Positions 25,851 to 34,585 of a stretch of 64,000 nt of DNA are shown one piece after another. How positions within the stretch are numbered: the stretch's first letter is position 1; every line of letters begins with the position of its first letter. A program made the position numbers and the translations under genes. The notes under the pieces were generated by a model, which searched no databases, was not told the origin of the DNA, and was given only the letters and a program-made list of their open reading frames with translations. The stretch is from an uncultured Gammaproteobacteria bacterium (GTDB taxonomy: Bacteria > Patescibacteriota > Patescibacteriia > Patescibacteriales > UBA12075), in NCBI GenBank assembly GCA_964459725.1, contig CAYWNT010000001.1:155529-219528 (forward strand), in the 5' to 3' direction.

Positions 25851-28800
25851 ATGAATAATCAGAAAAATCAGCAGAAAAGGAGCTCTTTTCCGGACATGGA
25901 GAAGGAGGTTTTGGCTTTTTGGCAAAAGAATAATATTTTTGAAAAATCAGTTGAAAACCCACCCCACCCTGACGGGCATCCCTCCAAGGAGGGGACTCCG
26001 GTTGAGGATTATGTTTTTTATGATGGGCCTCCTTTTGCCACCGGACTACCTCATTATGGTCATATAGTCGGAACAATAATGAAAGATGTAGTGCCAAGAT
26101 ATTGGACAATGCAAGGCAAAAGAGTTGAGCGCAAATGGGGATGGGATTGTCATGGTCTTCCTATTGAGAATATTGTTGAGAAAGAGCTTGGATCAAAGAA
26201 GAAAAAAGACATTGAAGAGGGTGTAGGTGTTGCGAAGTTCAACGAGCTTTGTAGATCAAAGGTTTTAAGCTATGTTGATGACTGGGAAAAAGTAATAAAA
26301 AAAATTGGTCGATGGGCGGATATGAAGAATGCTTACAAAACAATGGACATTGAATACATGGAATCTGTCTGGTGGGTGTTTAAGGAACTCTGGGATAAGA
26401 ACTTGATTTACAAAGATCATAGATCTATGCATGTTTGTCCTAGATGTGAGACTACCTTGTCACAGTCAGAGGTGACAGAAGGGTATGCTGATATCAAGGA
26501 TTTGTCAGCGATTGCCAAGTTTGAGTTGGAGGATGATGGCCCTTCGGCAGGCTCAGGGCAAGCTAAAACTTTCGTTTTAGCCTGGACTACTACACCTTGG
26601 ACATTGATTGGAAATGTTGCCTTGGCGGTTGGTAAAGATATAGATTATGTAAAAGCTGGAATCAAGAATCAGGAATCAGGAGTTACAGATAATTATATAA
26701 TTGCTAAAGAGTTGGCAGAAAAAGTTTTTAAGGATAGGGAGTTTGATGTTGTTGAAGAATTTAAAGGAGAGAAATTGATTGAAAAAAAATATAAACCCCT
26801 ATTTGATTATTATTCATCTGATAAAAATCTGGAAAATAGAGAAAATGGATGGCAGATTTATGGAGCTGATTTTGTAACCACTGAGGAGGGCACAGGAGTA
26901 GTTCATATTGCTCCGGCTTTTGGTGAGGATGATATGAGATTGGGTCATGAAAAGAATTTACCTTTTGTGCAGCATTTAACTATAGATGGTAATTTCAAAG
27001 AGGAAGTAGCTGACTTTAAGGGACTCAATGTGAAGCCAAAGGATAATCACATGTCGACTGATATTGAGATTATCAAATACTTAGCTCATAATGGGTTACT
27101 TTTTCACAAGGAAAAATACGAGCATAGCTACCCGCATTGTTGGCGCTGTGATACCCCGCTTATCAACTATGCAACGAGTTCTTGGTTTGTAAATATTACA
27201 AAAATAAAAGATAGAGCCCTAGAGACTGCTAAAGATGTGAATTGGTCACCAGAACATATCAAGAGAGGTCGTTTTGGTAAGTGGCTGGAGGGTGCTCGTG
27301 ATTGGTCAATTTCTCGTCAGCGTTTTTGGGCTAGCGTAATGCCTATCTGGAAATGCGATAAATGTGCTGATACTAAAGTTTTTGGATCAGTTGAGGAGTT
27401 GAGTGAGCATTTTGGAAATCCAAATAAATTATATCTAGTAAGACACGGGGAGGCGGAACAAAATGTTGCGCATATTCTAAATTCTGACTTAAATAACAAT
27501 CATTATCATTTAACAGAAAATGGGCGAGAGCAAGTTGAAAAAACAGCTAAAGAACTAAGGGATAAAAAAGTTGATTATATATTTTGTTCTCCATTTTTAA
27601 GAACAAAGGAGACGGCAGAAATCATATCAAAAGATCTAGGTGTAGAAATAATTTTTGATGATAGATTAAGTGAATTTGGTGTTGGTGATTTTGAGGGGAA
27701 AAATCAAGAAGATTTTATGAGGGTTTTTTCTAATTGGCCGGAAGAGAATATAGATTTAAGAAAAAAACATGGTGTAGAACTTGAAAAAGAGGCAGAAGAA
27801 AGATTTTCTAGTTTCTTGAATGAATTAAATGAAAAACACAAGAACAAGAATATAGTTATTGTTTCTCATGGAGATCCTCTTCAGTTTATGTATAGCCTGT
27901 TACAGGGAGTCGATAGGATAAAAACTTATAGTAGTGAGTATTACTCAGAAAAGGGAAAATCTAAGTTTTCTTATTCAAGGCTTGTCGATCTCCATAAACA
28001 TATAGTTGATGAAATTAAATTTGGGTGTGATAAGTGCGATGGCGAGATGGTTAGAGTTCCTGATGTGTTGGATACTTGGTTTGATTCTGGATCAATGCCA
28101 TATGCGCAGATGCATTATCCTTTTGAAAATAAAGAAAAGTTTGATAATAATTTCCCGGCAGAATTTATAGCTGAAGGATCTGATCAGACCAGGGCCTGGT
28201 TTTACTATATGCACATGATTGCTAATGGAATTAAGGATAAAAATGCTTATAAAAATGTGATTGTAAATGGTATAGTGCTCGCTGAAGATGGAAAAAAGAT
28301 GAGCAAAAAGCTTCAGAATTATCCGGATCCAATGGAGTTACTTGATAAATACGGGGCTGATGCACTTCGTTATTATCTCCTTACATCTCCAGTGATGTTG
28401 GCTGATAATTTGAATTTTTCTGAAGACGGAGTAAAGGAGTCTCTTAGGAAGGTAAATATGATTCTTTGGAATGTGGTGAGATTTTATGATTTATTTGAAG
28501 ATAAGTCGAAAGTTTATAAAACCGAAAGACCAAATAGTGAGAATATCTTAGATCAATGGATACTGGCAAGACTAGATGAGTTGATTGTTGAGGTGGGAGA
28601 GAATATGGAGAAATATAATTTGCCAAAAGCAACAAGGCCTATAGTTGAGTTTATTGATGATTTATCTACTTGGTATATCAGAAGAAGTCGTGACCGATTT
28701 AAATCAGAACATGAGAAGGACAAAGAAAGTGCTTTGGCGACAACCGGGCATCTGTTAGTCGAGCTTTCAAAGGTGATGGCACCATTTACACCATTTATTG

Positions 28801-29402
28801 CGGAGCAAGTATGGCAAAAAATAATTGGAAATGATTTTAAAGATGAGAATAAATCAGTTCATTTGGAAAGTTTTCCTAAGGAAGAAAAAGGACATGAAGT
28901 ATCCGAGGTGAAAATAATTGAAAGAATGAGTATGGCCCGAAAGATTGTTGAGATGGGTCTGGCAAAACGTGATGAAGTTGGAATTAAAGTAAGACAACCT
29001 CTTAACGAATTACGAATTACAAATTTCGAATTAAGGGATGAATATGTTGACTTGATTAAGGATGAAATGAATGTGAAATCCGTTGTTAGTGAAAAAGGCG
29101 AGGGTGATATGTCGGTTGAGCTGGATACTGAGATTACACCTGAACTAAAATTGGAAGGGGTGAAAAGAGAATTGGTTAGATATATTAACGCCCAGAGAAA
29201 AAAACAGGATTTGTCTATTCGTGATTTTGTGGTTATTGAATGGCAAGGAGAAAAAGAAATCAAAAAGGCGTTTGATAAATTTAGTGAAGAAATAAAGAAA
29301 GAGACTTTATCTCTGGATATTGTGGAGAAAGAAAAGGTAGATGATGGAGTGAGTGTAAAAATAGAAGGAGAAGAATTAATTTTAAAAATTAATAAAAAAT
29401 AA
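25851..29402 (+). CDS. ileS: isoleucine--tRNA ligase (type 2) with internal domain insertion
   Basis: PHYGH (HIGH), KMSKK (KMSKS), the WTTTPWTL editing-domain block, and DWSISRQRFW. 1183 aa. Confidence 0.95.
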   Translation: MNNQKNQQKRSSFPDMEKEVLAFWQKNNIFEKSVENPPHPDGHPSKEGTPVEDYVFYDGPPFATGLPHYGHIVGTIMKDVVPRYWTMQGKRVERKWGWDCHGLPIENIVEKELGSKKKKDIEEGVGVAKFNELCRSKVLSYVDDWEKVIKKIGRWADMKNAYKTMDIEYMESVWWVFKELWDKNLIYKDHRSMHVCPRCETTLSQSEVTEGYADIKDLSAIAKFELEDDGPSAGSGQAKTFVLAWTTTPWTLIGNVALAVGKDIDYVKAGIKNQESGVTDNYIIAKELAEKVFKDREFDVVEEFKGEKLIEKKYKPLFDYYSSDKNLENRENGWQIYGADFVTTEEGTGVVHIAPAFGEDDMRLGHEKNLPFVQHLTIDGNFKEEVADFKGLNVKPKDNHMSTDIEIIKYLAHNGLLFHKEKYEHSYPHCWRCDTPLINYATSSWFVNITKIKDRALETAKDVNWSPEHIKRGRFGKWLEGARDWSISRQRFWASVMPIWKCDKCADTKVFGSVEELSEHFGNPNKLYLVRHGEAEQNVAHILNSDLNNNHYHLTENGREQVEKTAKELRDKKVDYIFCSPFLRTKETAEIISKDLGVEIIFDDRLSEFGVGDFEGKNQEDFMRVFSNWPEENIDLRKKHGVELEKEAEERFSSFLNELNEKHKNKNIVIVSHGDPLQFMYSLLQGVDRIKTYSSEYYSEKGKSKFSYSRLVDLHKHIVDEIKFGCDKCDGEMVRVPDVLDTWFDSGSMPYAQMHYPFENKEKFDNNFPAEFIAEGSDQTRAWFYYMHMIANGIKDKNAYKNVIVNGIVLAEDGKKMSKKLQNYPDPMELLDKYGADALRYYLLTSPVMLADNLNFSEDGVKESLRKVNMILWNVVRFYDLFEDKSKVYKTERPNSENILDQWILARLDELIVEVGENMEKYNLPKATRPIVEFIDDLSTWYIRRSRDRFKSEHEKDKESALATTGHLLVELSKVMAPFTPFIAEQVWQKIIGNDFKDENKSVHLESFPKEEKGHEVSEVKIIERMSMARKIVEMGLAKRDEVGIKVRQPLNELRITNFELRDEYVDLIKDEMNVKSVVSEKGEGDMSVELDTEITPELKLEGVKRELVRYINAQRKKQDLSIRDFVVIEWQGEKEIKKAFDKFSEEIKKETLSLDIVEKEKVDDGVSVKIEGEELILKINKK
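25957..25995 (+). repeat. GC-rich bipartite hairpin element, copy 1 (in frame in ileS)
   Basis: ACCCACCCCACCCTGACGGGCATCCCTCCAAGGAGGGGA. Related copies lie at 46922..46960 and 59451..59495. Confidence 0.85.
27426..27986 (+). other. histidine-phosphatase (PGAM-type) domain inserted within IleRS
   Basis: LYLVRHGEAEQN...LTENGREQ...FCSPFLRTKETAEII...IVIVSHGDPLQ lies between ...SVEELSEHFGNPN and DLHKHIVDEIKFGCDKCDG. Confidence 0.8.
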
Positions 29403-29404
29403 AT

Positions 29405-29755
29405 ATGAATATTCAAGACATTAGCGCTGATGAGTTAAGAGCGCGACTCAAAGAGAATAGGGAAAATATTGAGGTGATAGATGTGCGTCAGCCAGAGGAG
29501 TATGAAATAGTTCATATCAAAGGATCAAAATTGATTCCAATGAATGAGCTTATGTCTCGTTTGAACGAGGTAGATTGGGACAAGGAGGTAGTGTTTATTT
29601 GTCGCAGTGGCTCTCGAAGCAAATTAATGGCAAGTATGGCTGCCAGTGGTGATAGAAAAATTAATAATCTTCAATACGGGATACATGAATGTTTTGCTGA
29701 TAAGAAGGGGGAAAACTTGGAAGTAGATGAAGATATGATTGATAAATATTTTTAA
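29405..29755 (+). CDS. rhodanese-like domain protein
   Basis: Active-site loop FICRSGSRS. 116 aa. Confidence 0.85.
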   Translation: MNIQDISADELRARLKENRENIEVIDVRQPEEYEIVHIKGSKLIPMNELMSRLNEVDWDKEVVFICRSGSRSKLMASMAASGDRKINNLQYGIHECFADKKGENLEVDEDMIDKYF

Positions 29756-29784
29756 TAACCTCCAGGGGTGTTAATAAAAAATAT

Positions 29785-30132
29785 ATGGAAATAAATAATA
29801 TTGACGCAAAAGGCCTTAAAGAGCTTTTGAAAAACAGAGAGAATCTCGAGTTGATCGATGTCAGAGATAAGGATGAGTATGACCTTGTTCATATTAAGGG
29901 ATCAAAGTTAATGTCCATGAGGGATATAGTGAAGCGCTCCGAGGAGATAGACTGGAGCAAGGAAGTTGTCTTCATTTGCCGTAGCGGTGAAAGGAGTATG
30001 ATGGTGGCGAATTTTCTAGCTGACTCTGGGAAGAGGATTAGCAACTTATTTGGTGGAATATTGGAGTATTGGAAGAGTGGTGAATTAGATCTAGAATTTC
30101 TAGAGGGAAAAGATGTCGAGAAATATTTTTAA
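29785..30132 (+). CDS. rhodanese-like domain protein (paralog)
   Basis: Active-site loop FICRSGERS. Collinear with the previous gene. Confidence 0.85.
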   Translation: MEINNIDAKGLKELLKNRENLELIDVRDKDEYDLVHIKGSKLMSMRDIVKRSEEIDWSKEVVFICRSGERSMMVANFLADSGKRISNLFGGILEYWKSGELDLEFLEGKDVEKYF

Positions 30133-30161
30133 AATATTTTGTAAGTTTTAATATTTAAAAC

Positions 30162-31175
30162 ATGCCAAAAGTTAAAGCCTTAGTTTTGATATCAGGCGGA
30201 CTGGACTCCATGCTTGCAGCCAAGATGCTTCAAGAGCAGGGAGTAGAAGTTGTTGGGTTAAGTTTTGTTAGTAATTTTTTTGATGCAAAAAAAGCTTACA
30301 AAACAGCACGAGATATCGGAATTGAGTTAAAAGCCATAGATTTCAGCAAGGAACATTTGGAAATGGTAAAAAATCCAAGATCTGGATATGGAAAGAATAT
30401 GAATCCTTGTATTGACTGTCATAGTCTCATGCTTCAACATGCCAAAAAAATCATGGAGGAGGATGGTTATGATTTTGTGGCGACTGGGGAAGTACTTGGC
30501 CAGAGGCCAATGTCTCAGAATAGGGAGGCTTTGAATAAGGTAGAAGAGTATTCCGGTCTTGGTGATAAGTTGTTGCGTCCGTTATCTGCGAAGTTTTTGG
30601 AAGAAACTGAACCGGAAAGGACTGGAAAGTTAAAAAGAGGGAAATTAGGAAGAATAAAAGGGCGCGGGAGAGATAGTCAGATGGAGCTAGTAAAAAAATA
30701 CAAGATAAAAGACTATGAATCACCTGGTGGTGGCTGCTTGCTAACTGATCCCGAATTTAGTCAAAGACTTTTAAAACTATTTGAAAACTGGCCAGATTGT
30801 GAAGGTAATGATATAAACCTTTTAAAGTGTGGGAGAATAATTTGGACAAAGTGCAAAAAAAATACTATAATAATTGTAATAGGGCGCCACAAGGAAGACA
30901 ATGAAAAGTTGCATTTTTTATCCTCAGAAGGAGATGTGGTTATTGAGCTAAAGGATGATAATGGTCCTACAACTCTAATTCGCTCCAGGAGTGATCAAGA
31001 TTTTTTCAATAAAGAGATTGAGGTGGAGATTCCTGAAAAATTAGATAAAAAATATAAAGACCTACAAGAAGTGGAAAGTGTTGATGACTTAATTAAAAGT
31101 GCGGCAGAGATAACTGGATATTATGCAGTTAAACTGAGAGGAGAGAAAAGAAAAATGAAAGTAAGAGTTGTATAA
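30162..31175 (+). CDS. PP-loop ATPase, MnmA/ThiI-like tRNA thiolation enzyme
   Basis: PP-loop LISGGLDS, then NPCIDCH...ATGEVLGQRPMSQ...LLRPLSAK...GGGCLLTD. Confidence 0.7.
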   Translation: MPKVKALVLISGGLDSMLAAKMLQEQGVEVVGLSFVSNFFDAKKAYKTARDIGIELKAIDFSKEHLEMVKNPRSGYGKNMNPCIDCHSLMLQHAKKIMEEDGYDFVATGEVLGQRPMSQNREALNKVEEYSGLGDKLLRPLSAKFLEETEPERTGKLKRGKLGRIKGRGRDSQMELVKKYKIKDYESPGGGCLLTDPEFSQRLLKLFENWPDCEGNDINLLKCGRIIWTKCKKNTIIIVIGRHKEDNEKLHFLSSEGDVVIELKDDNGPTTLIRSRSDQDFFNKEIEVEIPEKLDKKYKDLQEVESVDDLIKSAAEITGYYAVKLRGEKRKMKVRVV

Positions 31176-31207
31176 TAATAATCAAATAGTTAATTTTAGA
31201 TAATTTC

Positions 31208-32398
31208 ATGCCAACAAGAAATATACTTAGTTCGAAAAAGGTGATTCAGCAAGACGTTGATGCTGTGAACTTTGTAAACAAGATAATTAATACAGCTGTT
31301 TCGGAAGGGGCAAGTGATATTCATATTGAGCCAGTTGACACTGGGCTACTTGTAAGGGCCAGAGTGAATGGTGTTTTGAAGATATTTTTTGAAGCTTCAG
31401 CGGATGTGGCTCAGTCTTTGATTACCAGAATAAAAGTAATGGCTGAAATGGATGTAACAGGAAAGCCAAGACCTCAAGAGGGAAGTATAAACTTTAATCT
31501 GGGCGGAAGCAGTATTGATCTTCTTATTTCCGTATTTCCTACTAATCTAGGAGAAAATGTTGTCATGAAAATACTTGAGAGCGTAAACAAATATTCTTCA
31601 TTTGAAGACCTCGGGCTCTCAGTTGATCAAGCTGAGATTCTAAACATGGCAGTCAGTAGAACAAGCGGCCTTATTTTGGTTACTGGTCCTGCTGGGAGTG
31701 GAAAGTCTACTACCCTGTATACTATTTTAAATAAGCTGAATATTCCCGAAAAAAGTTTGGTTACACTTGAGGATCCTATAGAAAGAAAGATTAATAATGT
31801 AATGCAGTCGCAAATAAATCCTGAAACCGGACTTAGTTTTTCATCCGGTTTGAGATACCAGTTAAGGCAAGACTGTGATGTGATAATGATAGGCGAGATT
31901 CAAGACAAGGAGACTGCTCACATTGCCGCTGAGGCTGCTATTACAGGTAAGCTAGTACTGGCAACAATTCATGCCAATGATACGGCTGGAGCGATAGTTC
32001 GTCTTCAGAATATGGGGATTGAACCTTACTTAATTGCTTCTGCTTTGAAAACAGTCAGTTCACAGAGACTGGCTAGAATTAATTGTCCGCATTGTCGTGA
32101 GGAGTATGTTCCATCAGCAGAGCTTTTGAATAGACTAAGCGGAGAAAAAGATGCGAAATATTATCATTCTTCAGGTTGTGATCAGTGTGCTCAGAGTGGA
32201 ATTGTGGGAAGAGTTGGAATTCATGAGGTGTTGATGATTACTGAGAGAATGAAAGAATTAATTTATAAGAATCCTTCAGACAGAGAATTAAAGGAAGATG
32301 CACGGGCGAATGGAATGATTTCACTTCGAGATATTACCCTGCAGAGAGCCAGGGAGGGAGTGATCAGTGCTGAGGAGGCATTGAGATTAGTTGAGTAA
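31208..32398 (+). CDS. PilB/GspE-family type II/IV secretion ATPase
   Basis: ASDIHIEP, Walker A GPAGSGKSTT, and the tetracysteine motif CPHC...CDQC. Confidence 0.85.
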   Translation: MPTRNILSSKKVIQQDVDAVNFVNKIINTAVSEGASDIHIEPVDTGLLVRARVNGVLKIFFEASADVAQSLITRIKVMAEMDVTGKPRPQEGSINFNLGGSSIDLLISVFPTNLGENVVMKILESVNKYSSFEDLGLSVDQAEILNMAVSRTSGLILVTGPAGSGKSTTLYTILNKLNIPEKSLVTLEDPIERKINNVMQSQINPETGLSFSSGLRYQLRQDCDVIMIGEIQDKETAHIAAEAAITGKLVLATIHANDTAGAIVRLQNMGIEPYLIASALKTVSSQRLARINCPHCREEYVPSAELLNRLSGEKDAKYYHSSGCDQCAQSGIVGRVGIHEVLMITERMKELIYKNPSDRELKEDARANGMISLRDITLQRAREGVISAEEALRLVE

Positions 32399-32459
32399 AT
32401 AATTTTTTAGATATAATTATTAATTATTGCTTGTAGGGTGCAAGCAATACAAAAAAATT

Positions 32460-33026
32460 ATGATATCAGTACTAGGAATAGTTTTAGTTGTTATTGTTGT
32501 ATTAGCGTTAATCGTTATAGGCATGTACAACTCCTTGATTCGTTTAAAAAATCGTGTTGATGAAGCGTGGAGCGGAATCGATGTAATGCTCAAGCAGAGA
32601 TACGATACTATACCAAATTTGGTAGAGATAGTAAAAGGTTACGCTGCTCACGAAAAAGAAACACTAGAGAGCGTTGTTAAGGCCAGAACTGCCGCTATGG
32701 ATGCTCAAGCAGGAGGAGACTTGAAGGGGCAGGGACAAGCAGAAAATATGCTTTCTTCAACACTGAAATCAATTTTTGCTTTGAGTGAGAATTATCCGGA
32801 TTTGAAAGCTAACCAAAACTTCTTGGAACTTCAGAGAGACTTAATGGACCTGGAAAACAAAATTCAGGCTTCAAGACAATTCTACAATACTAATGTCCGC
32901 GATTTCAATACTAAGTTAGAAATATTTCCAACCAATATTATTGGTAACATGTTAGGATTTGACTCAAGAGAGTATTTTGAAATTGAGGATGAGAAAGAAA
33001 GAGAGAATGTAAAAGTTAAGTTCTAA
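32460..33026 (+). CDS. lemA: LemA family protein
   Basis: N-terminal TM helix, then YNSLIRLKNRVDEAWSGIDVMLKQRYDTIPNLV. The start is moved to ATG 32460. Confidence 0.85.
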   Translation: MISVLGIVLVVIVVLALIVIGMYNSLIRLKNRVDEAWSGIDVMLKQRYDTIPNLVEIVKGYAAHEKETLESVVKARTAAMDAQAGGDLKGQGQAENMLSSTLKSIFALSENYPDLKANQNFLELQRDLMDLENKIQASRQFYNTNVRDFNTKLEIFPTNIIGNMLGFDSREYFEIEDEKERENVKVKF

Positions 33027-33030
33027 CTTT

Positions 33031-33945
33031 ATGGCAACTTTGTATACACATAGTGATTCGAATAAAAGAAAAACCTGGTTTTTATTAACCGGGTTTTTGG
33101 TATTTATAATTTTAGTGGGTTATGTTTTTAGTGTTGCAATGGATAATCAGGGAGTGCTTGTTTTTGCGGTGGTGTTTAGCATAGTCTCTAGTTTTATTAG
33201 TTATTGGTATAGCGACAAGATTGTGCTAGCCATGAGTAGTGCCAAGGAGGTGAAGATGGAGGATAATAAAGAGTTGTATCGCTTGGTGGAGAATCTTTGC
33301 ATAAAAGCCGGTTTACCGCTTCCAAAGATTTATATTATAGATGATACGGCTCCGAATGCTTTTGCTACCGGGAGAGATCCGGAACACGCGGTTATTGCTA
33401 TGACCACTGGCCTGATTTCAAAGCTGGAAAAAATAGAACTCGAAGGGGTGATAGCTCATGAATTGTCGCACATTGGAAACAGAGATATTTTATTGGCGAC
33501 AATCGTTACGGTTTTGGTGGGAGTGGTAGTGCTCCTTGCAGATTGGTTTAGGCGTTGGACATTTTGGGGTGGAGGAAGGAGTAGGGATAGGAAGGGAGAT
33601 GGTAGAGTGCAGTTGATTATAATGATTATAGCAGTGGTGCTATCTATTCTTGCGCCAATATTCGCTTATATGATGCAATTTGCTATATCCAGGAAAAGAG
33701 AATTTCTAGCAGACGCTGATGGGGCGTTACTTACTCGTTATCCAGAGGGACTAGCTAAGGCTCTAGAAAAGATCTCAGCAGACAGAGAGCCTCTCGAAGT
33801 GGCCAACAGAGCAACAGCTCATCTCTATATAGCCTCACCATTTAAGTCACAGCCAGGCAAGAAAAAGGGATTTTTCGCCAAAGCTTTAATGACACATCCA
33901 CCTACTGAAGAGCGCATTGCTAATCTAAGGGGAATGGATATTTAG
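33031..33945 (+). CDS. htpX: M48 family zinc protease HtpX
   Basis: HELSHIGNRD, four TM helices, and THPPTEERI at the C-terminus. Confidence 0.9.
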   Translation: MATLYTHSDSNKRKTWFLLTGFLVFIILVGYVFSVAMDNQGVLVFAVVFSIVSSFISYWYSDKIVLAMSSAKEVKMEDNKELYRLVENLCIKAGLPLPKIYIIDDTAPNAFATGRDPEHAVIAMTTGLISKLEKIELEGVIAHELSHIGNRDILLATIVTVLVGVVVLLADWFRRWTFWGGGRSRDRKGDGRVQLIIMIIAVVLSILAPIFAYMMQFAISRKREFLADADGALLTRYPEGLAKALEKISADREPLEVANRATAHLYIASPFKSQPGKKKGFFAKALMTHPPTEERIANLRGMDI

Positions 33946-33958
33946 TGATAACAAGCCT

Positions 33959-34558
33959 ATGAAAATTTGCATATTTGGAGATAGTATTGCTCACGGTTTT
34001 CATGAATACGGCCAGGGCTCATGGGCCGCTCGATTAGAAAGGTTTTTAAATGAGGGAGAGGAATGTGAAATATATAATTACGCAGTTCCCGGAGATGACT
34101 CCAATGATTTATTAAAAATACTAGAAGCAAGTTTGATAGACAAAGAACTGGACTTGATAATTTTTGCAATAGGAATAAATGACTCTAGTTACATCAAGGC
34201 GAACAAGGATAATAGAGTTTCAGTGGTTGATTTTAAAAATAATCTAGCAAGACTGAAAGAGTATTCAGAAAAATACACAAAGAAAGTAATTTTTATTGGC
34301 CTGACAAAAGTAGACGAGTCAAAGGTAGGATCAAAAGCCTCTATTTATGCTGAGTACCTTGGTAATAGCAGCATCCAAAAGTACGACCTAGTTATTCAGG
34401 AATTTTGCAAGGAAAATAAACTTTTATACATACCGATGTTTGACACACTGGAAGACAAGGATATGAATGATGGCCTGCATCCGGATGACCAAGGACATGA
34501 GAAAATGTTTGTAAGAGTTAGGGATTTTTTGCTGGAAAATAAGATTTTTCATAAATAA
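33959..34558 (+). CDS. SGNH/GDSL hydrolase family protein
   Basis: ICIFGDSIAHG block I, GINDS block III, and DGLHP block V. Confidence 0.75.
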   Translation: MKICIFGDSIAHGFHEYGQGSWAARLERFLNEGEECEIYNYAVPGDDSNDLLKILEASLIDKELDLIIFAIGINDSSYIKANKDNRVSVVDFKNNLARLKEYSEKYTKKVIFIGLTKVDESKVGSKASIYAEYLGNSSIQKYDLVIQEFCKENKLLYIPMFDTLEDKDMNDGLHPDDQGHEKMFVRVRDFLLENKIFHK

Positions 34559-34585
34559 TTAAATATATTTGGAGGACGATATGGT

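Noticed and set aside
27426-27986. The insertion in IleRS might be an intein.
   Set aside because: The insert begins KLYLVRHGE and ends ...YSRLV before DLH. It has no Cys/Ser/Thr N-junction residue, no terminal His-Asn and no homing-endonuclease motifs. It carries histidine-phosphatase catalytic motifs instead.
28859-29416. 185-aa antisense ORF inside ileS. Similar antisense or overlapping ORFs: 7738..8136, 7794..8111, 8108..8449, 8623..8949, 9412..9828, 39608..40063, 42351..42713, 45621..46013, 55644..55985, 58713..59090.
   Set aside because: These are shadow ORFs on the opposite strand or an alternative frame of strongly supported genes. Their sequences are low-complexity (Ser/Phe/Ile/Leu-rich) and lack SD sequences.
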